NCBI GenBank assembly: GCA_944388675.1
Contig: CALXJR010000001.1
Location: forward strand, 1-54,262
DNA from: an uncultured Clostridia bacterium
GTDB taxonomy: Bacteria; Bacillota; Clostridia; TANB77; CAG-508
DNA: 54,262 nucleotides
Reading direction: 5' to 3'
A model generated the notes under the pieces. That model saw only the letters and a program-made list of their open reading frames with translations. It made no database searches and was not told the origin of the DNA. The translations under genes were made by a program, and so were the position numbers. How positions within the stretch are numbered: position 1 is the stretch's first letter; each line of letters begins with the position of its first letter. Of the stretch, positions 10,351 through 20,121 are shown piece by piece.

Positions 10351-11289
10351 ATGGACGATATTTTTTTAGATATAGTTACAGTAAATATAGATACAATTTC
10401 TAAATATATTGATTTATTAAAAGAAAATCCAATAAGAATAATATCTCTTGTTTTAGATTTAATAATAGTTATATATGCTATATATAAAATATTTAAGCTT
10501 GCTAAGAATTCGAGAGTAATGCAATTAATAAAAGGCATTATATTCTTTGTTATAATAACTTGGTTAAGTGGAATTTTGAATTTAAGCATTACACATTCAA
10601 TATTAACAGCTTTTTTACCTTCTGGAGTTATTGCTTTAATTGTAATATTCCAACCGGAAGTAAGAAGAGCATTAGAACAATTGGGAACTAATAAATTTAC
10701 TAATTTCTTTGGTATTGAAAAAAATTTAGAAACAAAAACAAGAGAAGATATATATAAAATAGTAATAGCAGCTGAAGAAATGTCTAAAACAAAAACAGGT
10801 GCATTAATAGTTATTCAAAGAGATATAAGTTTAAGTGATGTTATAGCTACAGGAATAGAAATGAATTCCGAGATTTCACCACAATTATTAGTAAATATTT
10901 TTGTACCTAAAACGCCATTACATGATGGAGCAGTTGTAATAAGGGATAATAAAATTGCAGCTTCTGCATGTATTTTGCCTTTAGCTGATGGAAAAGATAT
11001 ATCAAAGGATTTAGGAACAAGACATAGAGCAGCTGTGGGTATTTCAAAAGAAACAGACGCAATTGCAATTGTGGTTTCTGAAGAATCGGGGAAAATTTCA
11101 ATAGCAAGAGATGGAACTTTAATTGCAGATGTTAAAGAAGAAGCTTTAAAAAAGATATTAATAAAGAGTATTATAACAAATAGATTAGAAAATAAAGAAT
11201 TAAAAAAATTTAATAGGCTTAAGAATATGAAAAAGAATAAAGAGAAAAAAGAAAATACAACTCAAACGGAAGAAAATGTTAAGAAATAA
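10351..11289 (+). CDS. cdaA: Diadenylate cyclase CdaA (c-di-AMP synthase)
   Basis: Three N-terminal TM helices. DAC domain motifs PLHDGAVVIRD and GTRHRAAVGISKETDAIAIVVSEESG. K/E-rich C-terminal tail. Confidence 0.9.
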   Translation: MDDIFLDIVTVNIDTISKYIDLLKENPIRIISLVLDLIIVIYAIYKIFKLAKNSRVMQLIKGIIFFVIITWLSGILNLSITHSILTAFLPSGVIALIVIFQPEVRRALEQLGTNKFTNFFGIEKNLETKTREDIYKIVIAAEEMSKTKTGALIVIQRDISLSDVIATGIEMNSEISPQLLVNIFVPKTPLHDGAVVIRDNKIAASACILPLADGKDISKDLGTRHRAAVGISKETDAIAIVVSEESGKISIARDGTLIADVKEEALKKILIKSIITNRLENKELKKFNRLKNMKKNKEKKENTTQTEENVKK

Positions 11290-11302
11290 TATTATAAGTT
11301 GC

Positions 11303-11334
11303 AATTCAGACTAATATATATATTAGTCTGAATT
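11303..11334. repeat. Perfect 32-bp palindrome (hairpin; probable cdaA terminator/insulator)
   Basis: aattcagactaatata|tatattagtctgaatt is perfectly self-complementary. It lies between the cdaA stop and the truA RBS and has no clear T-tract. Confidence 0.6.
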
Positions 11335-11352
11335 ATGCGTAGGAGTGGTAAT

Positions 11353-12091
11353 ATGAGAAATATCAAATTAACAATTGAGTATGATGGAAAATGTTATAAT
11401 GGATGGCAAAAACAGCCAGATAAGCCTAATATTCAAGGAGAAATAGAAAAGGCAATTTTTAATATAACAAAAGAAGAGGTTGATTTAATTGGTTCTGGCA
11501 GAACGGATGCTGGAGTTCATGCACTACGGACAAGTAGCGAATTTTAAAACAAATTCCAATATTCCAATAGAAAAACTTGCACTAGCAATAAATTCACAAT
11601 TAAAAAATAGTATAGTTATAAAAAAGGCAGAAGAAGTTGATTTAAGATTTCATAGCAGATATAATGCAAAACATAAAACTTATAGATATATAATAAATAA
11701 CTCTCCATGTGGAACAGCAATATATAGAAATTTGCAATACTGTTTTCCAATAAAATTAGATCTAGAAAAAATGCAAGAAGCTGCAAAATATTTTGAAGGC
11801 GAACATGATTTTAAAGCATTTAAATCCAGTGGTACAAGCTCTAAAAATAGTGTAAGAACTATTTATAAAGCTTTAGTAATGAAAGAAGGAGAAAATATAA
11901 TTATAGAACTTACAGGAAATGGATTTTTATACAATATGGTAAGAATCATTTCTGGAACATTATTAGATGTTGGATTAGGTAAAATAAAACCAGAAGAAAT
12001 TCAAACAATCATTGAAGAAAAAGATAGAAAAAATGCCGGAAAAACCTTGCCAGCACATGGTTTATATTTGGTAGAAGTAAAGTATAACTAA
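11353..12091 (+). CDS. truA: tRNA pseudouridine(38-40) synthase TruA, reading frame interrupted at in-frame CGG 11527-11529 (continues in +1)
   Basis: AGGAG RBS. MRNIKLTIEYDGKCYNGWQKQ...GSGRTDAGVHAL is followed by CGG, and frame 0 stops at 11545. The +1 frame from 11528 reads GQVANFKT...FLYNMVRIISGTLL (catalytic Asp in RTDAGVHA). Confidence 0.85.
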
Positions 12092-12157
12092 AAATGTAAC
12101 AAGTATAATATTAATTTCATATTATATAAAAAGTAAAAGTATTAAAGGAGAATAAAT

Positions 12158-12535
12158 ATGGAGTTATTATTATATTTTGCATTACCAGTTTCTACAATTA
12201 TACTAAGTATTGTATTACAAAAAATATTAAAAAGTCCTTTATTAGTATCTGCAACATTTTTTGCAATTTATCTAATTATTGCCTTTGCTATTTTCAATAG
12301 CTCATTTTTAGTGTTTGTTATTATATATACAATTCTTGCATATATTTCAGCGTATTTGACTAAGCTCATATGTGAGACCTTTGGAAAAAATGGAATATTT
12401 AGAAACATAAATGCAGAAAACATAAATACGAATATATTAAGAACAAATGAATTTATAAATAATAATGCTAATACAACATGTGATAATTCGTGTATAAATA
12501 ATAGAAGTTATAATAACAGATATTATAAAAGATAA
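12158..12535 (+). CDS. Small integral membrane protein, N-rich tail
   Basis: Three predicted TM helices. AAGGAG RBS. Confidence 0.55.
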   Translation: MELLLYFALPVSTIILSIVLQKILKSPLLVSATFFAIYLIIAFAIFNSSFLVFVIIYTILAYISAYLTKLICETFGKNGIFRNINAENINTNILRTNEFINNNANTTCDNSCINNRSYNNRYYKR

Positions 12536-12551
12536 AAAATAAGAAATATAG

Positions 12552-12585
12552 AAAACTGTTAAATTTAATTTAACAGTTTTTATTT
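12552..12585 (+). terminator. Rho-independent terminator
   Basis: 13-bp stem aaaactgttaaat/atttaacagtttt, 3-nt loop, T-run. Confidence 0.75.
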
Positions 12586-12725
12586 GTGTGTTATATTACA
12601 AAAATATTACAGAAAAATTAAAATTAAATTACAACATAAAATAAATGTTGTTTTTACATATAAATTGTTGTACAATAAAATAAGTAATATATTTTGTCAA
12701 ATCATGACATATAGGAGGAAAAATT

Positions 12726-13811
12726 ATGGCTAATCCAATGCAAAAAAAATCAAGAAGATCTTTTATTTTAGGTATTTTAGTAGCAGTTGTCTTAATGGGA
12801 GTTGTTGTTGCTATATTATTAATGCAGATAAGCAAATTAAAAGAAGAACAAGATCAATTAATTGCAAATAGAGTTAAAGTATATGCATTAAATAAAGACA
12901 TAAAATCAGGACAAATAATTACTCAAGACATGCTTACCGAAATAGAAACCGATAAAGGTGGTGTACCAAATAATGCAATTAATAATCTAAATGATTATTA
13001 TCTAGTTGACCAAGATGGTAATGATATTATTACTGTGTCACAAAAAGATGAGAATGGCAATGAAAGACTAGTTACATGTGTAGTTATAGAAGGTAGAAAT
13101 TATGCAATTGAGAATATAAATGAAAATACAGGAACAATAACATTTAATGGACAAACTAGAACAATTATAATGAATTCAGCTCCTGTATTAGCAAAAATTG
13201 ATATGAATCAAAAAACAATTTTAACTAGTGATTCAGTTGTAAAAAGTACAGAAACTATAACTGATTCAACAAGATTACAAGAATATAATATGATTATGCT
13301 TTCTACAGGTCTAACTTCAGGTGACTTTATAGATATAAGATTAAGAATGCCATCTGGAGCAGACTATTTAGTAGTATCTAAAAAACAAGTTGAAGTTCCT
13401 ATTATAGATGGTGCTGAATCAGTAAACACAATATGGGTAAATTTAACAGAAGATGAAATATTAACAATGAGCAATGCAATTGTTGAAGCATATATGATGG
13501 AAGGTGCAGTTCTTTATACAAGCAAATATGTAGAGCCAGGAATGCAAGAACAAGCAACGCCAACATACATACCAAGTGATGCTGTTAGAAGTTTAATTGA
13601 AAGAGATCCAAACATTGTACAAGAAGCTAAAAATGCAATATTAACAAGATTTAATGAAAATCAAACTGATGTTAGAGGAAGCATAAATGGAGAGCTTTCA
13701 CAAATAGAACCAGAAGATAGAACAACAAATTTAAATACTGGAGTAACAACAGAAGTAACAAATGCACAACAACAAAGACAATCATATTTAGATGCGCTTG
13801 CAGGAAACTAA
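12726..13811 (+). CDS. CpaB/RcpC-like pilus assembly protein (TM anchor + SAF-like domain)
   Basis: N-terminal TM (SFILGILVAVVLMGVVVAILLM). SAF-like segment NRVKVYALNKDIKSGQIITQDML and GDFIDIRLRMPSGADYLVVSKKQVEVP resemble CpaB. GGAGG RBS. Confidence 0.6.
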   Translation: MANPMQKKSRRSFILGILVAVVLMGVVVAILLMQISKLKEEQDQLIANRVKVYALNKDIKSGQIITQDMLTEIETDKGGVPNNAINNLNDYYLVDQDGNDIITVSQKDENGNERLVTCVVIEGRNYAIENINENTGTITFNGQTRTIIMNSAPVLAKIDMNQKTILTSDSVVKSTETITDSTRLQEYNMIMLSTGLTSGDFIDIRLRMPSGADYLVVSKKQVEVPIIDGAESVNTIWVNLTEDEILTMSNAIVEAYMMEGAVLYTSKYVEPGMQEQATPTYIPSDAVRSLIERDPNIVQEAKNAILTRFNENQTDVRGSINGELSQIEPEDRTTNLNTGVTTEVTNAQQQRQSYLDALAGN

Positions 13812-13841
13812 AATAAAACATAATAAATCAGGGAGGAAACA

Positions 13842-14540
13842 ATGAAAAAGATAGGCTTTATAGGTGTATTCGACAAAACAGATTTAATAATGTACATTTC
13901 AAGAGTATTAGTCGCAATGGGAAAAAAAGTACTAGTTATTGATTCGACCGTGAATCAAAAAGCAAAGTATATTGTCCCTAAAATTAATCCTACAGCTTCT
14001 TATGTAACTGAATTTGAAGGAGTAGATGTATCAGTTGGTTTTAGAGACTATGACTCTATAAAAGACTATCTTGGTATGCCTAGATCAGCAGTATTAGTAT
14101 ATGACTATATTTTTATAGATTTGGATGACCCAACATTATTAGAAAGCTTTGAGATTAATGCTGCAGACAAAAATTATTTTGTAACCTCTCCTGATTTGTT
14201 TTCGCTAAAAAAAGGCTTGGAAATACTTAGTGGTGTAAGGCAACCAATGGAATTAACAAAAATATTATTTTCAAATAAAATGTCTCAATCTGAAGATGAG
14301 TATTTAAATTTCTTATCTTTAGGATATAAAATAATATGGAGCCCAGAAAAAATATATTTTCCAATGCTAACAAATGATTTAGATATAATAATGGAAAATC
14401 AAAGATTATCAAAAATAAAATTTAAGGGATTAAGCTCAGAATATAAAGAATCACTTATATACTTAATTAACCAAATAAATGAAGAAAATAATACATCTAA
14501 CGTTAAAAAGATAATTAAATTATTAGAAAAAGGAGTATAG
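13842..14540 (+). CDS. MinD/ParA/CpaE-fold protein with degenerate P-loop
   Basis: KKIGFIGVFDKTDLIMYISRVLVAMGKKVLVIDST aligns with the MinD beta1-P-loop-helix, but GKS/T is replaced (GVFDKTD). Walker-B-like YDYIFIDLDD. Confidence 0.55.
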   Translation: MKKIGFIGVFDKTDLIMYISRVLVAMGKKVLVIDSTVNQKAKYIVPKINPTASYVTEFEGVDVSVGFRDYDSIKDYLGMPRSAVLVYDYIFIDLDDPTLLESFEINAADKNYFVTSPDLFSLKKGLEILSGVRQPMELTKILFSNKMSQSEDEYLNFLSLGYKIIWSPEKIYFPMLTNDLDIIMENQRLSKIKFKGLSSEYKESLIYLINQINEENNTSNVKKIIKLLEKGV

Positions 14541-14541
14541 T

Positions 14542-15381
14542 ATGGCAATCGTATCTTTTTGGAGTAATAGTAAAAGAGAGACAGGACAAACATTATCTTC
14601 AGTTGCAATAGCCACCTGTATGGCAATAGACCATAATAATAAAATATTAGAAATTGCAACTGGATTTCAAGATAGCACTGTAGAAAACTGCTTCTGGGAC
14701 CCTAATAAATCAGCTTTAAATCAGGTAATACCTGGAATGAATAGAGCATCTTTTAATAACGGTGTAGAAGGACTAGTAAAGATAATGCAAAGTAATAGAA
14801 CATCTTCAAACATTGTATCTGATTATGCAAGAGTTGTATTTAAAGATAGATTAGATGTTTTACCTGCTCCATCTACCAATAATTTGGTTGAATATAATAA
14901 AACTACAGAATACTATTCACAATTAGCATCAATAGCAAATAGAGATTACAATTATGTGTTTATTGATATAGACAGAAGAATGCAAGAACAAAGTAAACAA
15001 AGCATTTTAGCACAATCAGACATTGTTGTATTTACACTTAAACAAGGATATGAATCTCTAAAAGACGTTATAAATTTAAGAAAAGACAACGATATTTTTA
15101 AGAAAGACAAAGTAGTTTTATTAGTTGGCAAATATGATAAATTTTCTAGATTCAATGTAACAAACATGTCCAGAGAATTAAAAGAAAAAAGAAAGATGGT
15201 TGCTATTCCATATAATACATTATTCTTTGAAGCTTCATCAGAAGGTACTGTTGCAGATTTCTTTATTAAATATAGGGGAATAACTGACCAAACTGATAGA
15301 AATTACATTTTTATTCAAGAAACAAAAAGAGCTTGTGATGAAATCATAAATAAATTTCAAGAATTACGAATGAGACAATAG
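14542..15381 (+). CDS. Second MinD/ParA/CpaE-fold protein with degenerate P-loop
   Basis: AIVSFWSNSKRETGQTLSSVAIATCMA occupies the P-loop position without GK[ST]. Walker-B-like YNYVFIDIDRR. It starts 1 nt after the previous stop. Confidence 0.55.
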   Translation: MAIVSFWSNSKRETGQTLSSVAIATCMAIDHNNKILEIATGFQDSTVENCFWDPNKSALNQVIPGMNRASFNNGVEGLVKIMQSNRTSSNIVSDYARVVFKDRLDVLPAPSTNNLVEYNKTTEYYSQLASIANRDYNYVFIDIDRRMQEQSKQSILAQSDIVVFTLKQGYESLKDVINLRKDNDIFKKDKVVLLVGKYDKFSRFNVTNMSRELKEKRKMVAIPYNTLFFEASSEGTVADFFIKYRGITDQTDRNYIFIQETKRACDEIINKFQELRMRQ

Positions 15382-15407
15382 TAGCCTTATAGAAAGGAGA
15401 ATAAGAC

Positions 15408-17321
15408 ATGAATCTAACTAATCTAATATTAATAGTTGTTATATTAGGAGTTGCATTTGCAGTTGTTCGTAAATTCCTTCAAAAAAGACAAAATGAAAAA
15501 TCAGACGAAAAAATACAAGTAGATGATAAAACTTATACATTAGAGACAATGACTGAATTTGTAAAAAAGAGACTAGATGAAATTACAAAAATAAACTTAT
15601 ATGATATAGGTCTTTCAGAAGAGGAATTAAAAAGGAGAAAAAATAAAAAATATGAGCTAAAAAAAGCTTTGAAAGGCTGTACATATGGAGATATAAATGA
15701 TAAAAGATATGTTAAGGAATTAATATATGATTTACTTTATAATGAATATGGTGTTGATGAAATAAATGTATCAAAAGCAATCCCTTTTGATGTTCCATCA
15801 TTATTAACAGCACAAGATAAATTCGATATTATATTATATATGTATAAGAATGAATTTGGTTATGAAGCTCTAACAGAAATAATAAAAAAATACAACTTAG
15901 CAGATTTAAAATATATAGCTGGAGATTCTAAACCTTCTTATGTTATAACTCCTGAAGAAATAAATGATATATATGAAAAAGAAAATTTTGCTTTAACATT
16001 CCAAGATAAATTAAATGTAGTTGTTCAAAGAATATATCAACATTACAAAGGCTATAGTAGTATTGATGAGATTAGAGATATGAACATAGATGGTATTTCA
16101 GGTGGTGTATCTGGACTTCCTGAAAGCTTTTTAAGCCAAGTTGCTCAGACAGATAGTGATTATTTAGGACAAATAGCAGAGCACAAAGTACCACGTGCCT
16201 GTGATAGTATTTGGATAATGTTCCAAGGTAAATCTATCCGTTTAGCTTTTCTTTCATTTGGAACAGAAGCAGAACTTAAAAGAGTTTGTCAAAACATATA
16301 TAAATTCAATAACCCTGGTCAGTTATCTGATACAAATGGTTATAAAATCAATGAAATGAAAGATGGATCTCGTGTTGTTGTTGTAAGACCAAGTATGTCT
16401 GAAACATGGGCATTCTTCGTAAGAAAGTTCGATGTTAAGCGTGCAACACTAGAACAAATAGTAAGATTTCCAGGAAAAGAAGATACAATTGATTTACTAA
16501 AATACTTAGTAAAAGGTGCAAGAATTATATCACTTACTGGTGAGCAAGGTTGTGGTAAAACAACAATGCTTATGGCTATGATAGAAAATATTTATGAAAC
16601 AATGAACTTACGTATCACAGAAACTGCATTCGAGCTTCACTTAAGAAGAATATATCCAACAAGAAATATATTATCAATGCGTGAAACAGAAACAATTTCA
16701 GGACAGGAATGTTTGGATGTTCAGAAAAAGACTGATGGTTCTGTTAACATCATAGGTGAGGTTGCAACAGACCCCGTAGCATCTTGGATGATTCAATCAG
16801 CACAGGTTGCATCTAAATTTACATTATTTACTCACCACGCAAAAACATTCCCAGACTTAGTTACAGCTCTTCGTAACTCAATGTTAAGAGCAGGAGTTTT
16901 CTCAGATGAAAGAACTGCAGAAGAGCAAGTTGTACAAGTATTGAACTTTGATATTCACCTAGTTAAAGACTTTAGAGGAAGAAGATATATAGAAAGAATA
17001 ACTGAGTGTATTCCAGTAGAAGATAAAAATGAATATACATATAACTACAGAAATGAAAAAACAATGGAAGGCAAAATAGAAAAATTCATGGATAATGCAA
17101 CTATATACTTTACAAAAAGTACAAATAGAGAATTATACCAATATAGAAATATATTAGAGTACCATGATGGAGAATATGTATTAACAAATCCAATATCAGA
17201 AAAAAACATTAAAGAAATGTTAAACAATATGGATGATAATGATGCAGAAGAATTTAAAAAATTCGTAAAGAGAAATTGGGGAATAGAAGCACACAGAGAT
17301 TCTGAAATGATAAATGATTAA
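15408..17321 (+). CDS. CpaF/TadA-like type IV filament ATPase with N-terminal TM anchor
   Basis: Walker A GEQGCGKTT (16539-16565), ITETAFELHL, DGSVNIIGEVATDP (Walker B region), His-box FTLFTHHAKT, RGRRYIERITECIP. The N-terminus MNLTNLILIVVILGVAFAVVRKF is hydrophobic. Confidence 0.75.
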   Translation: MNLTNLILIVVILGVAFAVVRKFLQKRQNEKSDEKIQVDDKTYTLETMTEFVKKRLDEITKINLYDIGLSEEELKRRKNKKYELKKALKGCTYGDINDKRYVKELIYDLLYNEYGVDEINVSKAIPFDVPSLLTAQDKFDIILYMYKNEFGYEALTEIIKKYNLADLKYIAGDSKPSYVITPEEINDIYEKENFALTFQDKLNVVVQRIYQHYKGYSSIDEIRDMNIDGISGGVSGLPESFLSQVAQTDSDYLGQIAEHKVPRACDSIWIMFQGKSIRLAFLSFGTEAELKRVCQNIYKFNNPGQLSDTNGYKINEMKDGSRVVVVRPSMSETWAFFVRKFDVKRATLEQIVRFPGKEDTIDLLKYLVKGARIISLTGEQGCGKTTMLMAMIENIYETMNLRITETAFELHLRRIYPTRNILSMRETETISGQECLDVQKKTDGSVNIIGEVATDPVASWMIQSAQVASKFTLFTHHAKTFPDLVTALRNSMLRAGVFSDERTAEEQVVQVLNFDIHLVKDFRGRRYIERITECIPVEDKNEYTYNYRNEKTMEGKIEKFMDNATIYFTKSTNRELYQYRNILEYHDGEYVLTNPISEKNIKEMLNNMDDNDAEEFKKFVKRNWGIEAHRDSEMIND

Positions 17322-17357
17322 AAATAGTAGCTTTCAAGGAGGTGCAAATATATAGTA

Positions 17358-19436
17358 ATGAACAGTGACATGATCAAATACTTGATGATTGGTGTAGGAG
17401 TATTATTTGCAATTATTGTTGTTGCATATTTAATGCTTCGTAAAAAGATGCAAAGTTCTGATATAGTACAAATTAAACAATTAAGACAAGGAACAAAAGA
17501 AAACAAGTTCTCTATGGAGATACTATATCAAAAACTTTATGTTTTCTATATAAAAACACCTTTCTTAAAGAGATATTTGTTTAAAATAAGAAGAAGACTT
17601 GAAATCATAAATATAGATGATGAATATTTAACAAGAAAACAAACTTCAAAAATTTTAACAAATGCATTATTAATAATAATTCCATTAACAATAGTTATTA
17701 TATTTATAACTAAGAATAATGGGTTACTATTATCAATCCTACTTATATTTGAAATTTTTATGATAGATACCCTAGTTGATGGAATGGTTGACAAAATAGA
17801 TAATAAACTATTAGTTCAACAAATAGACTTCTTTGCAGAAATAAGACATGCTTACCATGAATACAACATGGTAGAGGAAGCAATATATCAAGTAGCTCAA
17901 GGTGATAGTGCTCCAGAAATGTCTAGACAAGCAGAAAAAATATATGAAATATTAATATCTGATGATCCTGAAAGTGAACTTGAAAAATATTATGATGTAG
18001 CACCAAATAGTTACTTAAAAGAGTTTGCAGGAATTTCATATCTTACAAAGGAATTTGGTGATAGAACAGTAGATAAATCATCTCTTTATTTAAAAAATCT
18101 AAATAATATAAGTCAAGAAATGCAACTAGAAATTTTAAAGAGAGATAAATTAGACTATGTTTTCCAAAGCTTATCAGTAATTGCGATAGTACCACTACTT
18201 GCATTAGAGCCTATAAAAAATTGGGCAGTATCTCAATTCTCATTTACAGAATCTTTCTATAATGGAAAAAACGGTATGATTGTTCAAATCCTAATGGTTG
18301 TATTAACTTTTATATGTTACATACTTTTAAGAAAGATAAAAGATAATGGCTCTACAAAAATAGAAGTAAGATCTGATAATCCTTGGGAAGAAAAAGTATA
18401 TAAAATTCCAATAATAAAACAAATAGTAGATGCCTTTGTTCCAAAGGAAGGAACAAAGGAGAGAAGAAAATTAAATAATCTAAAAAAAGATGCTGCTTCA
18501 AAAGATAAAATACAATGGTTATATGTTAAAAGGCTTTTACTTACTGTTGTAACATTTGTTGGCTCATTAGTAATATTTACTCAATTACACAAATTACAAA
18601 TTAATTATATATATACAGAACCAACTTCAACATATAACATAATAGGTGAAATGACTGATAAAGACATGAAACAGGCAATGGAAATAACAGAAAGTGATAA
18701 TAAATTTCTTGATATGTTTAGAGGAAAAACAGATACTACTCAAGAAGACATAGAAAAAGAAATGGCAAAATCAGAAGATTATGAAAATAGTGATGATGAT
18801 GAAATAGAAACAGCAGCAAAAAGAGTACTTGACAAATTAAGACAAGTAAACAGTGAGTATTTAAGCTGGTTTGAAATGCTTATGGCAATAGTATTTGCTG
18901 TTGTAGGTTATAATTTACCAGTATGGTTATTATATTTCCAAGCTAAGATGAGACAAATTGAAATGGAAGATGAAGTAATGCAATTCCAGACAATTATCTT
19001 AATGCTTATGAGAATTGAAAGAGTAAATGTTGAAATGATTCTAGAATGGCTTGAAAGATATTCAAATATATTTAAAGAACCAATTTCAAAATGTGTTAAT
19101 GACTATGAAAGTGGACCTTGGGAAGCTCTAGAACAAATGAAAGAAGAAGTAAACTACAAAGAGTTTATTCGTATTATAGAAAGTCTTCAAGCAGCAGTAG
19201 AAAAAATACCAATTGCAGAAGCATTTGATGAACTTGATTCTGAAAGAGAATACTATCAAGCAAGAAGAAAAGAATCTAATGATAGATTAATTTCTAAAAA
19301 AGGTATGATAGGAAAAGGTATAGGATTTGCTCCTATGGTATGCTTATTTGTAGGTTACTTAATTGTACCATTAGTATTTATAGGATTAACAAGTATGACA
19401 TCATCATTTGATACAATGACCTCAATGGCAAATTAA
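17358..19436 (+). CDS. Polytopic membrane protein, fused TadB/TadC (T2SS-F)-like platform
   Basis: Multiple TM helices flank two helical cytoplasmic segments (EIRHAYHEYNMVEEAIYQVAQGD... and ESGPWEALEQMKEEVNYKEFIRIIESLQAAVEKIPIAEAFDELD) that resemble T2SSF repeats. Its position after the ATPase fits this role. Confidence 0.55.
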   Translation: MNSDMIKYLMIGVGVLFAIIVVAYLMLRKKMQSSDIVQIKQLRQGTKENKFSMEILYQKLYVFYIKTPFLKRYLFKIRRRLEIINIDDEYLTRKQTSKILTNALLIIIPLTIVIIFITKNNGLLLSILLIFEIFMIDTLVDGMVDKIDNKLLVQQIDFFAEIRHAYHEYNMVEEAIYQVAQGDSAPEMSRQAEKIYEILISDDPESELEKYYDVAPNSYLKEFAGISYLTKEFGDRTVDKSSLYLKNLNNISQEMQLEILKRDKLDYVFQSLSVIAIVPLLALEPIKNWAVSQFSFTESFYNGKNGMIVQILMVVLTFICYILLRKIKDNGSTKIEVRSDNPWEEKVYKIPIIKQIVDAFVPKEGTKERRKLNNLKKDAASKDKIQWLYVKRLLLTVVTFVGSLVIFTQLHKLQINYIYTEPTSTYNIIGEMTDKDMKQAMEITESDNKFLDMFRGKTDTTQEDIEKEMAKSEDYENSDDDEIETAAKRVLDKLRQVNSEYLSWFEMLMAIVFAVVGYNLPVWLLYFQAKMRQIEMEDEVMQFQTIILMLMRIERVNVEMILEWLERYSNIFKEPISKCVNDYESGPWEALEQMKEEVNYKEFIRIIESLQAAVEKIPIAEAFDELDSEREYYQARRKESNDRLISKKGMIGKGIGFAPMVCLFVGYLIVPLVFIGLTSMTSSFDTMTSMAN

Positions 19437-19450
19437 AGAAAGGATAAATT

Positions 19451-20074
19451 ATGGAGAATGCAGCAAAAGCATTGCAAATGGCAGCTGGAATATTATTTTC
19501 AGTAATAATAATAGCAGCTTTAGTCTTTGCATATAGCAAAATAAGTGAATTAAAACAAACTGAAGAAGATGTTGACGCAGAGCAAAAAGCAACAGAATTT
19601 AATGGAAGTTATGAGCTATTTAATAGATCTGGTGTATATGGTAGTGAGCTTCTTTCACTTGCGAATAAAATGGATGATTATAATCTTAAACAAGCTGACG
19701 AACAAGGATATCAAGAAATCTCACTATCTGTTACACTTACTCCTCCAATTGGAGCACAAGTATATACAAGTAGTAGCTATGATGCAAATTCTTTAACTCA
19801 ATGTTACAATGAATTATCTCAAAAAATAAGAGATGCAAATGAAAAAATAAATGGAAAAAATATTTCCTATTGGGCAGGTTCATCAAGTGAGGTTAGAAGA
19901 ACGTTTACAAATACAACAAGTCCAACTTATAGTGAAATTTCTGAAAAAATAAAAAATTATAATGCTTTAGTTTCAGAAAGAGATGATATTTCTAGAAAGA
20001 TATTTAATTGTACAAAAGTTGATTATGATGAAAATAATGGAAGAATAATTAAAATGTATTATGAAGAACCATAG
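19451..20074 (+). CDS. Pilin-like protein, MENA-type N-terminus (207 aa)
   Basis: MENAAKALQMAAGILFSVIIIAALVFAY. C-terminal FNCTKVDYDENNGRIIKMYYEE is shared with two paralogs. Confidence 0.6.
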   Translation: MENAAKALQMAAGILFSVIIIAALVFAYSKISELKQTEEDVDAEQKATEFNGSYELFNRSGVYGSELLSLANKMDDYNLKQADEQGYQEISLSVTLTPPIGAQVYTSSSYDANSLTQCYNELSQKIRDANEKINGKNISYWAGSSSEVRRTFTNTTSPTYSEISEKIKNYNALVSERDDISRKIFNCTKVDYDENNGRIIKMYYEEP

Positions 20075-20121
20075 AACTTTACTTTGTATAAAATACTGCT
20101 AAAAAGGAGGTCTAGATAGTA

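Noticed and set aside
12158-12535. Small 3-TM membrane protein just upstream of the pilus-like locus, considered as the missing prepilin peptidase.
   Set aside because: It is too short, it lacks the two catalytic Asp motifs (GxGDxK-like) of A24 peptidases, and a terminator at 12552 separates it from the locus.
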